NCBI GenBank assembly: GCA_964592255.1
Contig: CAZQCI010000002.1
Coordinates: forward strand, 1 to 60,480
Direction: 5' to 3'
Length of the DNA: 60,480 nt
Origin: an uncultured Nitrospiraceae bacterium
Lineage (GTDB): Bacteria; UBA10199; SBBF01
In this document: in pieces, positions 10,663 to 20,219 of the stretch
How the letters are laid out: each line of letters starts with the position of its first letter
Position numbering within the stretch: the stretch's first letter is position 1
The notes under the pieces: generated by a model
What the model was told of the DNA's origin: nothing
What the model saw: the letters and a program-made list of their open reading frames with translations, nothing else
The model's database searches: none
Position numbers and translations under genes: made by a program

Positions 10663-10726
10663 CGTAATCCCCGTGAAGACGGGGATTTAAGATTAGCTCT
10701 AGATTCCCACCTACGTGGGAATGACG
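10663..10726. repeat. GTCAT-hairpin family repeat (variant), inverted pair, murC-murB spacer
   Basis: Arm 1 is CGTAATCCCCGTGAAGACGGGGATTTA. Arm 2 is TAGATTCCCACCTACGTGGGAATGACG. Each arm is itself a hairpin, the arms are inverted, and the stem changes are compensatory. Confidence 0.6.
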
Positions 10727-10737
10727 CAAAGGATTTT

Positions 10738-11742
10738 ATGAACGCCGACTGGCAGGAAGAAATTTTGAAAGAATGGAATAAGACCAAAAAGAATTTTTCG
10801 GTTTCCGACGGATTACGTGATCGTCTGGCACGAGAGTTTAAAGGGGAAGTTTTTTACCGTGAGCCGATGGATAAACACACCAGCATGCGTGTGGGAGGCC
10901 CCGCGGATGTTTATTTAAAACCGGTCGACTCTGATGATTTGGCTAAAATTTTTCTTTTGGCCCGTGAAGAAAATATTCCCATCACTCTTATGGGTGCCGG
11001 TAGTAACACACTGGTTAAAGATGGCGGTATCCGTGGCTTGGTTATTGCTTCTCCTGCCAGCACTTTTGAATGTCGCATTGTGGAAGAAACGGATGACTTT
11101 GCCGATGTGGAAGCCGGAGCCGGAGTTAAAATCACGCGTTTTGTTAATTTTGCACGTGAGAAGTCCTTGACGGGCATGGAAAATTTTATCGGCATTCCAG
11201 GAAGTATAGGTGGCGCTATCAGCATGAACGCAGGAGCCCATGGCACAGAAATAAAAGATATTCTTCGCTCCCTGACTCTTATGGATAAAGAGGGGCAGCA
11301 GGTCATTTTATCACGTGAAAAACTTGATTTTGAGTACCGCAAACTTAAAATTCCACGCACTTCTTTTATTCTTTCTGGATTGTTTCGTTTAAACAAAGCC
11401 CATCCCGATGAAATCAATAAAAAAGTGGAGCATTTTCAAAAGTGGCGCGTTGAAAAACAACCTCTTGATTATCCCAATTTAGGGTCGGTGTTTAAGAATC
11501 CTCTGCCCCCTAAAAAAGGAACTAAACTCCCATCGGCAGGTGAGTTGATTGAAGACGCCGGATTAAAAAATGTTCGTATCGGCGGGGCTCGGGTTTCTGA
11601 AAAGCATGCTAACTTCATCATTAACGAAAATAAAGCCACAGCCAAAGATGTGATCGTCCTTATCAATCTCATTCGTGACAAAGTAAAAGATATGACTGGA
11701 ATTGCCTTGGAGACGGAAGTCAAAATTATTGGTGAAGATTAA
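10738..11742 (+). CDS. murB: UDP-N-acetylenolpyruvoylglucosamine reductase
   Basis: FAD-binding PCMH-type N-terminus (MRVGGPADVYLKP, GAGSN), and GSVFKNP plus SEKHANFIIN motifs typical of MurB. Confidence 0.9.
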   Translation: MNADWQEEILKEWNKTKKNFSVSDGLRDRLAREFKGEVFYREPMDKHTSMRVGGPADVYLKPVDSDDLAKIFLLAREENIPITLMGAGSNTLVKDGGIRGLVIASPASTFECRIVEETDDFADVEAGAGVKITRFVNFAREKSLTGMENFIGIPGSIGGAISMNAGAHGTEIKDILRSLTLMDKEGQQVILSREKLDFEYRKLKIPRTSFILSGLFRLNKAHPDEINKKVEHFQKWRVEKQPLDYPNLGSVFKNPLPPKKGTKLPSAGELIEDAGLKNVRIGGARVSEKHANFIINENKATAKDVIVLINLIRDKVKDMTGIALETEVKIIGED

Positions 11743-11747
11743 TGGGT

Positions 11748-11788
11748 GAGTAACTCCCCCTAACTCCCTCTTATACTTAAGAGGGGGG
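11748..11788 (+). repeat. CCCTCTTA-palindrome family repeat, murB-ddl spacer
   Basis: GAGTAACTCCCCCTAACTCCCTCTTATACTTAAGAGGGGGG. Contains the 8-bp inverted repeat CCCTCTTA/TAAGAGGG around a 4-nt loop. Confidence 0.7.
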
Positions 11789-11815
11789 CAGACATGGGGT
11801 TATTCAATTCAAATT

Positions 11816-12754
11816 GTGAAAATTGCTGTTCTTAAAGGAGGAGTGTCTGCAGAACGTGACGTGTCCTTGCGTTCCGGTGCGGCTGTTGCCCAAGCCCTTC
11901 AATCTAAAGGATATGATGTGGTTGAAATTGATACGCAACAGTCCCTTATCGAGCAATTGGAAAAAATTAAACCCGACGCGGCGTATTTAGCTCTACACGG
12001 AAAATTTGGGGAAGACGGAACTATTCAATCTATTTTGGAATGGCTCAAAATTCCTTACACAGGTCCTTCTGTTTCGGCTTCAGCTCTTTGTTACGATAAA
12101 GTGATGACCAAGGCAGTCATCAAATCTCTCATGAATTTACGAATGCCCTTGGGTTCAGCGTGTTCCCGACGGGAGGGTGTAAAGGGGTGGCTTCAAAAAA
12201 ACTCACTTTCACCTTTACCTTTTCCTCTTATTGTTAAGCCGAGCTGTGAAGGTTCTTCTATCGGAGTTCATCGGGTGTATGATGTTGTCAGCTTGGAGGC
12301 TGCCCTCACAGAAGAATTGAAGCACCACGAAGAGGTTTTAGTAGAAGAGATGATTCTGGGACGTGAAGTAACCGTTGGTGTTCTCAACGGTAAAGCGTTG
12401 CCCCCTGTGGAAGTAAAACCCAAAAGCGGATTTTATGATTTTAAATCGAAGTACACCAAAGGAGAAACGGAATACATTGTGCCCGCCATTTTGCATGAGT
12501 CTTCCGATGATACCCTAGCGGAGGCGTGTGAAGCTATTTATGCATTTTTAAAACTAGAAGGAGCTGTTCGTATGGATTTTATGCTGAAAAAAAATCCTCA
12601 AAACTCCTTTGAAGAAGCTTTCTTTCTGGAAGTAAATACCATTCCAGGCATGACCGAGACGTCGCTCTTACCTAAGGCTGCCGCTTGTGTGGGTATTTCT
12701 TTTCCAGATTTGTGTGACATGGTTTTAAAGACGGCGCGATTGAAAATTACATAA
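11816..12754 (+). CDS. ddl: D-alanine--D-alanine ligase
   Basis: N-terminus MKIAVLKGGVSAERDVSLRSG, ATP-grasp core (IVKPSCEGSSIGV) and C-terminal EVNTIPGMTETSLLPKAA. GTG start. Confidence 0.9.
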   Translation: MKIAVLKGGVSAERDVSLRSGAAVAQALQSKGYDVVEIDTQQSLIEQLEKIKPDAAYLALHGKFGEDGTIQSILEWLKIPYTGPSVSASALCYDKVMTKAVIKSLMNLRMPLGSACSRREGVKGWLQKNSLSPLPFPLIVKPSCEGSSIGVHRVYDVVSLEAALTEELKHHEEVLVEEMILGREVTVGVLNGKALPPVEVKPKSGFYDFKSKYTKGETEYIVPAILHESSDDTLAEACEAIYAFLKLEGAVRMDFMLKKNPQNSFEEAFFLEVNTIPGMTETSLLPKAAACVGISFPDLCDMVLKTARLKIT

Positions 12755-12793
12755 CTTTCCCTCTTTTAATATAGGGAAGTCAGGTGGAGTTAC
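12755..12793 (-). repeat. Degenerate CCCTCTTA-palindrome family repeat, ddl-ftsQ spacer
   Basis: The reverse complement GTAACTCCACCTGACTTCCCTATATTAAAAGAGGGAAAG aligns with the 11.75-kb copy (GTAACTCC-CCT-ACT-CCCT...AAGAGGG). Confidence 0.5.
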
Positions 12794-12802
12794 TTTAAAA
12801 AA

Positions 12803-13630
12803 ATGTTTTTTAAAAAACGAAAACCAGTCAACCGAAGGGTAAAAACCAAGCCCAAGCTCTATCGTATGAAGAGAAGTGTCTTCGATTGGGCCAAGTTGCT
12901 TCTGTTAATAGGGGCTTCTTCTTTTGTTGTGTTGGGAGGTATTCGTTTTCTATCTAAAATTCAATTTTTTACATTAAAAAGAGTCGATGTTGTTGCGTCT
13001 ACACCCCACTTGTCCAAAGAGCAAATTATAGCCCTTGCGGCCATTCCTTATGGGGCCAATCTTTTTTCTGTTAATCTCGAAGATATTGCGACCCGTATTA
13101 AACGGTATAGCTGGGTTAAAGACGTCCAAGCTAAACGCCTTTTCCCCCAAGGATTATCCTTGCAAGTGGAGGAATACACTCCCCTGGCTATTCTCGATAT
13201 TGGGGATCTCTACTATGTGAGCCACGAAGGACGTATTTTTAGGAAGTTGAATGACTCCGATGACCGCCATTATCCTGTTGTGAGTGGTTTTAAAAAGGAA
13301 GCATTGGAAAAATATCCAACCTTTTTTGGAAAAAAAATCGAAGACACCCTGGATTTTCTCAATCGCCTTACCCCCCAGATGAAAGACGCTGGATTATCGC
13401 GAATTCATTTTGATGTAGCCGAAGGATTTACGGTTTTTACCCAAAATCCTCCCATGGAATTGTTTTTTGGTCCCGAAGATCCTGACCAACCTTCTCATTG
13501 GCAGGAAAAATTGAAGGCGTTTTCACGATTAGAACAAGAAATGAAGAATCAAGGGGTCGTTTACCAAAAAGTAGACCTGCATGTGATTGGTAAAATTTTT
13601 GTCCGAAAAGATTTTTCGGAAAATTCGTAA
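12803..13630 (+). CDS. ftsQ: Cell-division protein FtsQ (single TM helix plus POTRA domain)
   Basis: Basic N-terminus, one TM helix, then a POTRA-like segment (FTLKRVDVVAS...LEDIATRIKRYSWVKDVQAKRLFP). It lies between ddl and ftsA. Confidence 0.75.
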   Translation: MFFKKRKPVNRRVKTKPKLYRMKRSVFDWAKLLLLIGASSFVVLGGIRFLSKIQFFTLKRVDVVASTPHLSKEQIIALAAIPYGANLFSVNLEDIATRIKRYSWVKDVQAKRLFPQGLSLQVEEYTPLAILDIGDLYYVSHEGRIFRKLNDSDDRHYPVVSGFKKEALEKYPTFFGKKIEDTLDFLNRLTPQMKDAGLSRIHFDVAEGFTVFTQNPPMELFFGPEDPDQPSHWQEKLKAFSRLEQEMKNQGVVYQKVDLHVIGKIFVRKDFSENS

Positions 13631-13706
13631 GTTTCATTGGTTTCATTTAACAAAAAGTGATATAGGGGAAACTCTATACTCTTATCATCACCAAGGAGAG
13701 CAAAAA

Positions 13707-14933
13707 ATGGCGAGAAAAGATGATCTGGTCGTAGGCCTTGACATCGGCACCACCAAAGTTTGTGCCATTGTGGGTGAAGTGACTCACGATGGTATTGATA
13801 TTATCGGCATCGGTTCCCACCCGTCCCGTGGTTTACGCAAGGGTGTTGTGGTCAATATCGAAGCCACAGTTGAATCCATCAAAAAAGCCATTGAAGAGGC
13901 TGAACTGATGGCCGGATGTGATATCACTTCTGTTACAGCCGGTATTTCTGGTAGTCATGTCAAAGGGATTAACAGCCATGGCATTGTGGCTGTTAAAAAT
14001 AAAGAAGTCAGTGAAAACGATATCACCCGTGTCATCGATGCCGCCCAGGCCGTTGCCATACCCCTAGACCGTGAAGTTATTCATGTGATTCCTCAAGAAT
14101 TTATTGTTGATGAACAAGACGGTATTAAAGAACCTTTGGGCATGTCCGGTGTGCGTCTTGAAGCTAAGGTTCACATCATTTCCGCTGCTGTTACTTCTGC
14201 CCAAAACATTATCAAGTGTGCCAACCGCTGTGGATTAAACGTCAACGACATCGTTCTTGAACCTCTCGCCAGTAGCGAGGCTACGCTTTCCCCCGATGAA
14301 AAAGAATTGGGTGTTGTGCTTGTCGACATCGGTGGAGGCACCAGCGATATTGTTATCTATTCCGAAGGGAGTATCGTCTATACCTCTGTTCTCTCTTTGG
14401 GTGGCAACCATATTACCAATGATATTGCTGTCGGTTTGAGAACACCAGCCAGCGAAGCGGAAAAAATTAAACAGAAATATGGCTGTGCTCTTTCCTCCCT
14501 CGTCTCCCAAGACGAAACGATTGAAGTGCCTTCCGTTGGTGGGCGTAAACCACGTATTCTATCACGCCATATTTTAGCCGAAATTATTGAACCACGTGTG
14601 GAAGAAATTTTCTCCCTCATTCGCCAAGAAATTGTTCGCTCTGGTTATGAAGAACTGATTGCTTCCGGAGTGGTGCTTACCGGGGGCTCCACCATGTTGG
14701 AAGGAATGCCCGAGTTGGCCGAACAAGTTTTTGATTTCCCCGTCCGCCGTGGGTTTCCTCGGGGTATTGGAGGATTGATTGACGTTGTGAAAAACCCGAT
14801 GTATGCCACTGGCGTGGGCTTGGTTTTGCATGGAAGCAAGATACTCCAAAATTCCAAAGGTAAAATCCAAGAAGCGGGTGTTTATAATAAAGTTAAAGAA
14901 AAAATGAAAAATTGGTTTGTGGAAATTTTTTAA
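13707..14933 (+). CDS. ftsA: Cell-division protein FtsA (actin-like ATPase)
   Basis: I chose the ATG at 13707 (MARKDDLVVGLDIGTTK) because an AAGGAGAG RBS lies 6-7 nt upstream. The longer ORF from 13587 overlaps ftsQ. Actin-fold phosphate motifs DIGTTK and VDIGGGTSD are present. Confidence 0.92.
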   Translation: MARKDDLVVGLDIGTTKVCAIVGEVTHDGIDIIGIGSHPSRGLRKGVVVNIEATVESIKKAIEEAELMAGCDITSVTAGISGSHVKGINSHGIVAVKNKEVSENDITRVIDAAQAVAIPLDREVIHVIPQEFIVDEQDGIKEPLGMSGVRLEAKVHIISAAVTSAQNIIKCANRCGLNVNDIVLEPLASSEATLSPDEKELGVVLVDIGGGTSDIVIYSEGSIVYTSVLSLGGNHITNDIAVGLRTPASEAEKIKQKYGCALSSLVSQDETIEVPSVGGRKPRILSRHILAEIIEPRVEEIFSLIRQEIVRSGYEELIASGVVLTGGSTMLEGMPELAEQVFDFPVRRGFPRGIGGLIDVVKNPMYATGVGLVLHGSKILQNSKGKIQEAGVYNKVKEKMKNWFVEIF

Positions 14934-15010
14934 ATCCCCCGAGGGGGTTTTATACATATAAAAATTTTTAAACTGATCTACTACCGAATAGTCTGTATAC
15001 CGGAGGTCTT

Positions 15011-16663
15011 ATGTTTGAATTTGAAGATAATTTAGCAGGAAACGCCACCATTAAAGTGATTGGAGTTGGAGGAGGGGGAGGCAACGCCGTCCGTACCATG
15101 ATCCGTTCTAAACTCGATGGGGTAGAATTTATTGCCGCCAACACCGATATCCAAGCGTTGCGTAGCCACGAAGCGATGGTGAAAATTCAGTTAGGAAACA
15201 AGCTCACCAAAGGTTTGGGTGCCGGTAGTAATCCCGAAGTAGGACGTGATGCTGCTCTTGAAGATGTCCGTACCTTGCAAGAAGCCCTTGCTGGAGCTGA
15301 TTTGGTTTTTATTACTGCTGGCCTCGGCGGTGGTACCGGTACCGGTGCTGCACCCATTATTGCCCGCGTTGCCAAAGAAGTGGGTGCCCTCACCGTAGGG
15401 GTTGTTACCATGCCCTTTGCGTTTGAAGGAAAAAAACGTCGCCAAAAAGCGGAACAAGGTATGGAGGCCCTCAAAAATGAAGTGGATACACTCATTACGA
15501 TACCCAACGAAAAATTATTGAGTGTTTCCGGAAAAGAAACGGCGCTTCTCGATACGTTCAAAATGGCCGATAGTGTTCTTCTTCAAGCCGTTAAAGGAAT
15601 ATCGGATTTAATTACTACCCCAGGACTTATCAATCTCGATTTCGCTGATGTAAAAACAGTGATGCGAGAAACCGGTATGGCCCTTATGGGCACGGGCTCC
15701 GCCCATGGAGAAAGCAGAGCTTTAGAAGCTGCCAAAATGGCTATTTCGTCTCCGCTTCTTGAAAATGTGTCCATCGCTGGCGCTCGAGGTATTTTGCTTA
15801 ACATTACAGGTTCTTCCAGCATGACTCTTTTTGAAGTCAATGAAGCTAGTAAATTAGTTCAAGAAGAAGCTCATGAAGATGCGAATATTATTTTTGGTGC
15901 GGTTATTGATGACTCTATGAAAGATGAAATCCGTGTGACTGTTATCGCCACCGGTTTTAATCGTGAAGAAAAACAAAAAACGTTGGATACGCGATCGCAC
16001 GAGGATCGATCGCAACAACCCCGCATTAAAAGCTGGGTTGATTATCAAAAAGCAAGAGAAAGCCGTAGCGTTGAAACACGTACTCCTGAAGTTCGTGGAG
16101 TTGAAACTCGTGGAGTTGAAACTCGCGGCGTAGATATTTATGGAACAGAACCTCGATCCTTAGAAGTGAACCAGATAGAAAATTTTCGTACCGATATTCA
16201 GATGGAAGGTCGTATCCCCGAAAACCGTGGTCTCGAAACTCGCGGCGTTGAAACTCGCGGAGCCGAAAGCCGTACATTTGTTACTCGTTCAGTGGATACT
16301 CAAAAAATTGAACCCACTTCTGGTAATATCCGCCAAACCTCAGACCGTTTTGAAAGTGCTTCGCTTTTTCCTTCAAAAAATACTTCTTCAAAAAGCACTT
16401 CTTCATTTTCGTTGGAAAGTGAAACACCTCTTTTTACCGATCGTCCTTCTATTACGAGGGAGCCAGTGTTACGGGAAGGTTTTTTTCAAGCAAGGGGTGA
16501 TATGCAATTAACAGAAAGCGCCCCAAACCCGCCTCTTAAACGGCGCGAATTTAACCGAGTGGGTGGTGATGAGTTGAAAAAAATTGTCGCTGAAATTGGA
16601 ATTACTGATGTCGGTGACGAAGAATACGACATCCCCGCCTTCATCCGAAGACGCGCAGATTGA
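15011..16663 (+). CDS. ftsZ: Cell-division tubulin homologue FtsZ with an unusually long C-terminal linker
   Basis: GGGGGNA and the tubulin signature [12 protein letters not shown] are present, with a GGAGG RBS. The globular core ends near residue 320. About 215 low-complexity residues follow, then the conserved C-terminal peptide [11 protein letters not shown]. Confidence 0.95.
   Translation: MFEFEDNLAGNATIKVIGVGGGGGNAVRTMIRSKLDGVEFIAANTDIQALRSHEAMVKIQLGNKLTKGLGAGSNPEVGRDAALEDVRTLQEALAGADLVFITAGLGGGTGTGAAPIIARVAKEVGALTVGVVTMPFAFEGKKRRQKAEQGMEALKNEVDTLITIPNEKLLSVSGKETALLDTFKMADSVLLQAVKGISDLITTPGLINLDFADVKTVMRETGMALMGTGSAHGESRALEAAKMAISSPLLENVSIAGARGILLNITGSSSMTLFEVNEASKLVQEEAHEDANIIFGAVIDDSMKDEIRVTVIATGFNREEKQKTLDTRSHEDRSQQPRIKSWVDYQKARESRSVETRTPEVRGVETRGVETRGVDIYGTEPRSLEVNQIENFRTDIQMEGRIPENRGLETRGVETRGAESRTFVTRSVDTQKIEPTSGNIRQTSDRFESASLFPSKNTSSKSTSSFSLESETPLFTDRPSITREPVLREGFFQARGDMQLTESAPNPPLKRREFNRVGGDELKKIVAEIGITDVGDEEYDIPAFIRRRAD
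16061..16290 (+). repeat. In-frame 15-nt tandem and dispersed repeats (GTTGAAACTCGYGGN; peptide (G/S)VETR) in the ftsZ linker
   Basis: [22 protein letters not shown] ... [24 protein letters not shown]. The nucleotide repeats GGAGTTGAAACTCGT and GGCGTTGAAACTCGC are visible directly. Confidence 0.8.
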
Positions 16664-16666
16664 TTT

Positions 16667-19099
16667 ATGGCACTTAAACCCAAGAAAGCGCGTGATGATT
16701 CTCAAACATCTTCAGAACCCTCATTGTTAGTCCGGGAAATTACTGCCCTTTTTTTTCTTGCCGTTGGTGTGTTTATTTTACTTTGTCTTTTGTCTTACGA
16801 TCCTCTTGATCCTTCTCTCTCAACTTTTTCCCATGCCAAACAAGTTAATAATAGCGGTGGGATTGTTGGGGCTTACCTGGCAGATCTTCTTATTTTTCTC
16901 GTTGGTGGTGCCGCTTATCTAATCGGCACATTCTTTTTCGTTATTTCCATTCTTTTATTTTCAGGAATCCGCCGCTCTTTTCGTTTGCATGAAATGGCTG
17001 TAACTCTTGTTTTTGTTGTTTTGATGTCTGTTGTTTTTGAACTTTCTTTAGGACAACTCACTTTTGCCAATGCCACACTTGCTGCTGGTGGTTTTTTAGG
17101 AAGCATGGCCGCCCAAATCGGTGTGGCCTTTTTTGGAAAATTAGGCACCTATCTGGTTGTATTCTTTGGGGCCCTGTTAACTTTTGTTTGGGCCACTCAC
17201 CTTTCAATTCAACAAATGACTCGTGGCATTCACTCAGTTGTTATGAGTGTGGGTCGATGGATAGCCCAGTGGACTTCTATTTATTATGCACGGACCAAAA
17301 AGATGGTGGCCAAATTATGGCAAAGTTTTCGTGAAAGACGAAAAGAGCAAGTCCCTGTAGAAGAAGTTCGCATTAATAAACCCACTCCGTTTTCTACGCC
17401 TACCCAGCGTCCTATAGCAAAAGAAAACCCGAAACTTAGTGTTGAACCCTCCTCTAGTGCCGATTCTAAAACGATCGAAAAACCCCAGCCTCGTGCTGTA
17501 GAGCCGTCATTATCTACAGGAGCTCAAGGTCCTAAAATTCTCGACCGCATTGATAAGAAAAGATCCAAAAATATTTCTCCTCAATTGGAATTGGAACAAT
17601 TAAGTGCGGGTTATCATCTGCCGCCGGTTTCATTGTTGGATTCTGAAGCAGCTCAAGACACTACTATCGACGAAGAAAGCCTTAAAATGCAGGCCCGCAT
17701 GTTGGAGAAAAAATTGTTGGATTTTAATGTTGAAGGCCGCGTGACAGAAATTCATCCGGGCCCTGTTATTACCATGTTTGAATTTGAACCAGCCCCCGGT
17801 GTTAAGCTGTCGCGCATTGCTAATCTTGTCGATGATCTCTCCTTAGCTATGGGAGGTCGCTCTGTTCGTATTGTGGCGCCTCTTCCCAATAAAGCCGCTG
17901 TTGGTATTGAAATTCCCAATAATGTCCGTGAGACTGTTTGGCTTAAAGATGTCATCGCTGATGATAAATTTCAAAAAAGTGAATCGAAACTTATCTTCGC
18001 TCTTGGAAAAGATATTGAAGGTATTCCCTACGTTAGTGATTTGGCCAAAATGCCCCATCTTCTTGTGGCCGGAGCAACGGGAGCTGGAAAATCGGTATCC
18101 ATTAACTCGATGATTATTTCTATTCTTTACAAAGCCTCACCTGAAGAAGTGCGGCTGATTATGGTGGATCCTAAGATGTTAGAATTATCCATTTACGAAG
18201 GTATCCCTCATCTTTTATTGCCTGTCGTTACAGAGCCTAAAAAAGCCGCATTAGCTCTCCGTTGGGCCGTGCGTGAAATGGAAAGACGCTATCGCTTGCT
18301 TGCCGATGTTAATGCCCGTAATATTTTGGACTACAATGCTAAAATTACAAAAGGGAATATAGAAAGCCGCCAAGCCAAACAAATTGAAGGGGGGGCTACC
18401 GTTGCTGAAGAAGATATTATTAAACACGAAGGTAAATTGCCTTACATTGTCATTCTCATCGACGAACTGGCCGATTTGATGATGGTGTCTTCACGTGAAG
18501 TGGAAGAAGCCATCACTCGCTTGGCTCAAATGGCCCGTGCAGCTGGTCTTCATCTTATTCTGGCAACACAACGTCCTTCTGTAGATGTTCTTACCGGTGT
18601 CATTAAAGCTAACTTTCCATCTCGTATTTCTTTTAAAGTTTCTTCTAAACACGACTCGCGTACTATTTTAGATACGGTTGGTTCTGAACATTTGTTAGGT
18701 GCCGGTGATATGCTCTTCATCCCTCCTGGGATCTCGCGTTTGATACGTGTTCACGGGGCTCTTATTACCGAGCCGGAAATTGCCCGTGTCGTTGATTTTC
18801 TCAAAAAACAAGCTAAACCCATTTATGATGAATCCATCCTAAAACCTATTGAATCGGAAGCCGTTGAAGGAGAAGGTGGCAGCGGAGATGAAGAGACGGA
18901 TGCCCTTTACGACCAAGCCGTTTCGATTGTGGCTGAAACCCGCCAGGCTTCCATCTCCATGATCCAAAGAAAATTACGGATCGGTTATAACCGCGCTGCA
19001 CGTATGATCGAAAAGATGGAATCGGAAGGAATTGTTTCACCCCCATCTGGGGCAGGACACCGGCAAGTGTTGGTGAATTCCTTCCAGGCTCCTCAATAA
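16667..19099 (+). CDS. ftsK: DNA translocase FtsK
   Basis: N-terminal multi-TM domain, a Pro/Ser-rich linker, a motor domain with Walker A GATGAGKS and Walker B ILIDELAD, and a C-terminal gamma winged-helix (ISMIQRKLRIGYNRAARMIE). Confidence 0.93.
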   Translation: MALKPKKARDDSQTSSEPSLLVREITALFFLAVGVFILLCLLSYDPLDPSLSTFSHAKQVNNSGGIVGAYLADLLIFLVGGAAYLIGTFFFVISILLFSGIRRSFRLHEMAVTLVFVVLMSVVFELSLGQLTFANATLAAGGFLGSMAAQIGVAFFGKLGTYLVVFFGALLTFVWATHLSIQQMTRGIHSVVMSVGRWIAQWTSIYYARTKKMVAKLWQSFRERRKEQVPVEEVRINKPTPFSTPTQRPIAKENPKLSVEPSSSADSKTIEKPQPRAVEPSLSTGAQGPKILDRIDKKRSKNISPQLELEQLSAGYHLPPVSLLDSEAAQDTTIDEESLKMQARMLEKKLLDFNVEGRVTEIHPGPVITMFEFEPAPGVKLSRIANLVDDLSLAMGGRSVRIVAPLPNKAAVGIEIPNNVRETVWLKDVIADDKFQKSESKLIFALGKDIEGIPYVSDLAKMPHLLVAGATGAGKSVSINSMIISILYKASPEEVRLIMVDPKMLELSIYEGIPHLLLPVVTEPKKAALALRWAVREMERRYRLLADVNARNILDYNAKITKGNIESRQAKQIEGGATVAEEDIIKHEGKLPYIVILIDELADLMMVSSREVEEAITRLAQMARAAGLHLILATQRPSVDVLTGVIKANFPSRISFKVSSKHDSRTILDTVGSEHLLGAGDMLFIPPGISRLIRVHGALITEPEIARVVDFLKKQAKPIYDESILKPIESEAVEGEGGSGDEETDALYDQAVSIVAETRQASISMIQRKLRIGYNRAARMIEKMESEGIVSPPSGAGHRQVLVNSFQAPQ

Positions 19100-19109
19100 T
19101 AGGTGATAC

Positions 19110-19766
19110 ATGAAAAATTGTTGGAAATTTTTTTTATTTCTTCTGCTCTGCCTGGCTTTTAATCGAAACTCATTTTCGGCAGATGTCTTAGTGACACAAT
19201 TGCAAAAAACGTATCAGTCTATCGTCGACTGGCAGGCCGATTTTACTCAAGCAACCTTTGTAGACCTGTTGGGTCGAAATGTTGAAAAGAAAGGTATTAT
19301 TCAAATTCGCAAACCGGGTAAGCTACGTATTGAATATAAGGATGACGATGCAAAAACTTACGTTAGTAATGGAAAAAAACTGTGGGTTTATTCGCCTGTC
19401 GACTTACAAGTGGAAATTTATTCTAAAATTTCCAACCTAATGGATAAACAGGTTTTGTCTTTCTTGGAAGGTTTGGGAAATATTAATGAACAATTTTCAG
19501 TTCTCCCCCAAGCGGAAGGTTCTATGAGTGACTCCCAGCTTCAACTTCTTTCTCTTAAACCTAAAACGATGGATTCTACCATTGACCATTTGATTCTGGG
19601 TATTAATTCCCAAACAGGACTGGTTCAAGAAATGATTCTCTTTAATGTATCTGGCAATACCACACATTATGTTTTTTCTTCTATTCAGTTAAATCCGGGT
19701 TTGAAAGATGAGCTTTTTAATTTTAATGTTCCTGACGGTGTGAGAGAGGTGAAAGGATATGAGTAA
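19110..19766 (+). CDS. lolA: Outer-membrane lipoprotein carrier protein LolA
   Basis: Signal peptide, about 200 aa, LolA-like pattern (DWQADFTQ..., GKLRIEY, LWVYSP). The conserved ftsK-lolA adjacency is also known from E. coli. Confidence 0.75.
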   Translation: MKNCWKFFLFLLLCLAFNRNSFSADVLVTQLQKTYQSIVDWQADFTQATFVDLLGRNVEKKGIIQIRKPGKLRIEYKDDDAKTYVSNGKKLWVYSPVDLQVEIYSKISNLMDKQVLSFLEGLGNINEQFSVLPQAEGSMSDSQLQLLSLKPKTMDSTIDHLILGINSQTGLVQEMILFNVSGNTTHYVFSSIQLNPGLKDELFNFNVPDGVREVKGYE

Positions 19767-20199
19767 AAAATATTTTAGTATTGAAGAAGCCTCTCAGCTT
19801 CTGCCGCTTTTAGAAGGCAAGTTAACTAAATTAGTTAAATTGAAAAAAGAACTTGGTGCTTACGTGACCCAGCTTGTAGGACAAGGGGTGCGCGTTGAAA
19901 ATTTACTGGCTTCTTCCGATTTAGACCAAGATCAATTGGCTATCAAAGAGAAGCTTGAAAAATTGGGTTTGGACTTACAAGGATTATTGGCCGAAATCCA
20001 AGGCTATGGCTGTGTCGTCAAGGACATGGATTTAGGGCTTTTGGATTTTTACGGTTTTATGGAAGGGGAAGAGGTTTTTTTCTGTTGGCAGCTAGGGGAA
20101 GGCGAAATTCGCTATTGGCACAAAGTGGATGAAGGGTTTGCTGAACGCAAACCGCTTTTCGAGTCGGACAGCAGCGACCCTGGCCGTCTCTATCATTAA
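19759..20199 (+). CDS. DUF2203-like protein (function unknown)
   Basis: The pattern FSIEEASQLLPLLEGKL ... VKDMDLGLLDFYGF.EGEEVFFCWQLGEGEIRYWH matches my recollection of the DUF2203 family. It overlaps the lolA end by 8 nt. Confidence 0.6.
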   Translation: MSKKYFSIEEASQLLPLLEGKLTKLVKLKKELGAYVTQLVGQGVRVENLLASSDLDQDQLAIKEKLEKLGLDLQGLLAEIQGYGCVVKDMDLGLLDFYGFMEGEEVFFCWQLGEGEIRYWHKVDEGFAERKPLFESDSSDPGRLYH

Positions 20200-20219
20200 C
20201 GATCAACAAAGGGGGAACT

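Noticed and set aside
10911-11417. 168-aa ORF antisense to murB, together with an overlapping 108-aa ORF.
   Set aside because: It lies entirely within, and opposite to, a confidently identified murB. The sequence is low-complexity with no RBS or family resemblance. It is a typical shadow ORF.
14934-14952. Short GC hairpin (TCCCCCGAGGGGGTTTT) just after ftsA, considered as a possible attenuator before ftsZ.
   Set aside because: The stem is only 4-5 bp with a minimal loop and a weak T-run. That is insufficient to call a terminator without folding energies or transcript data.
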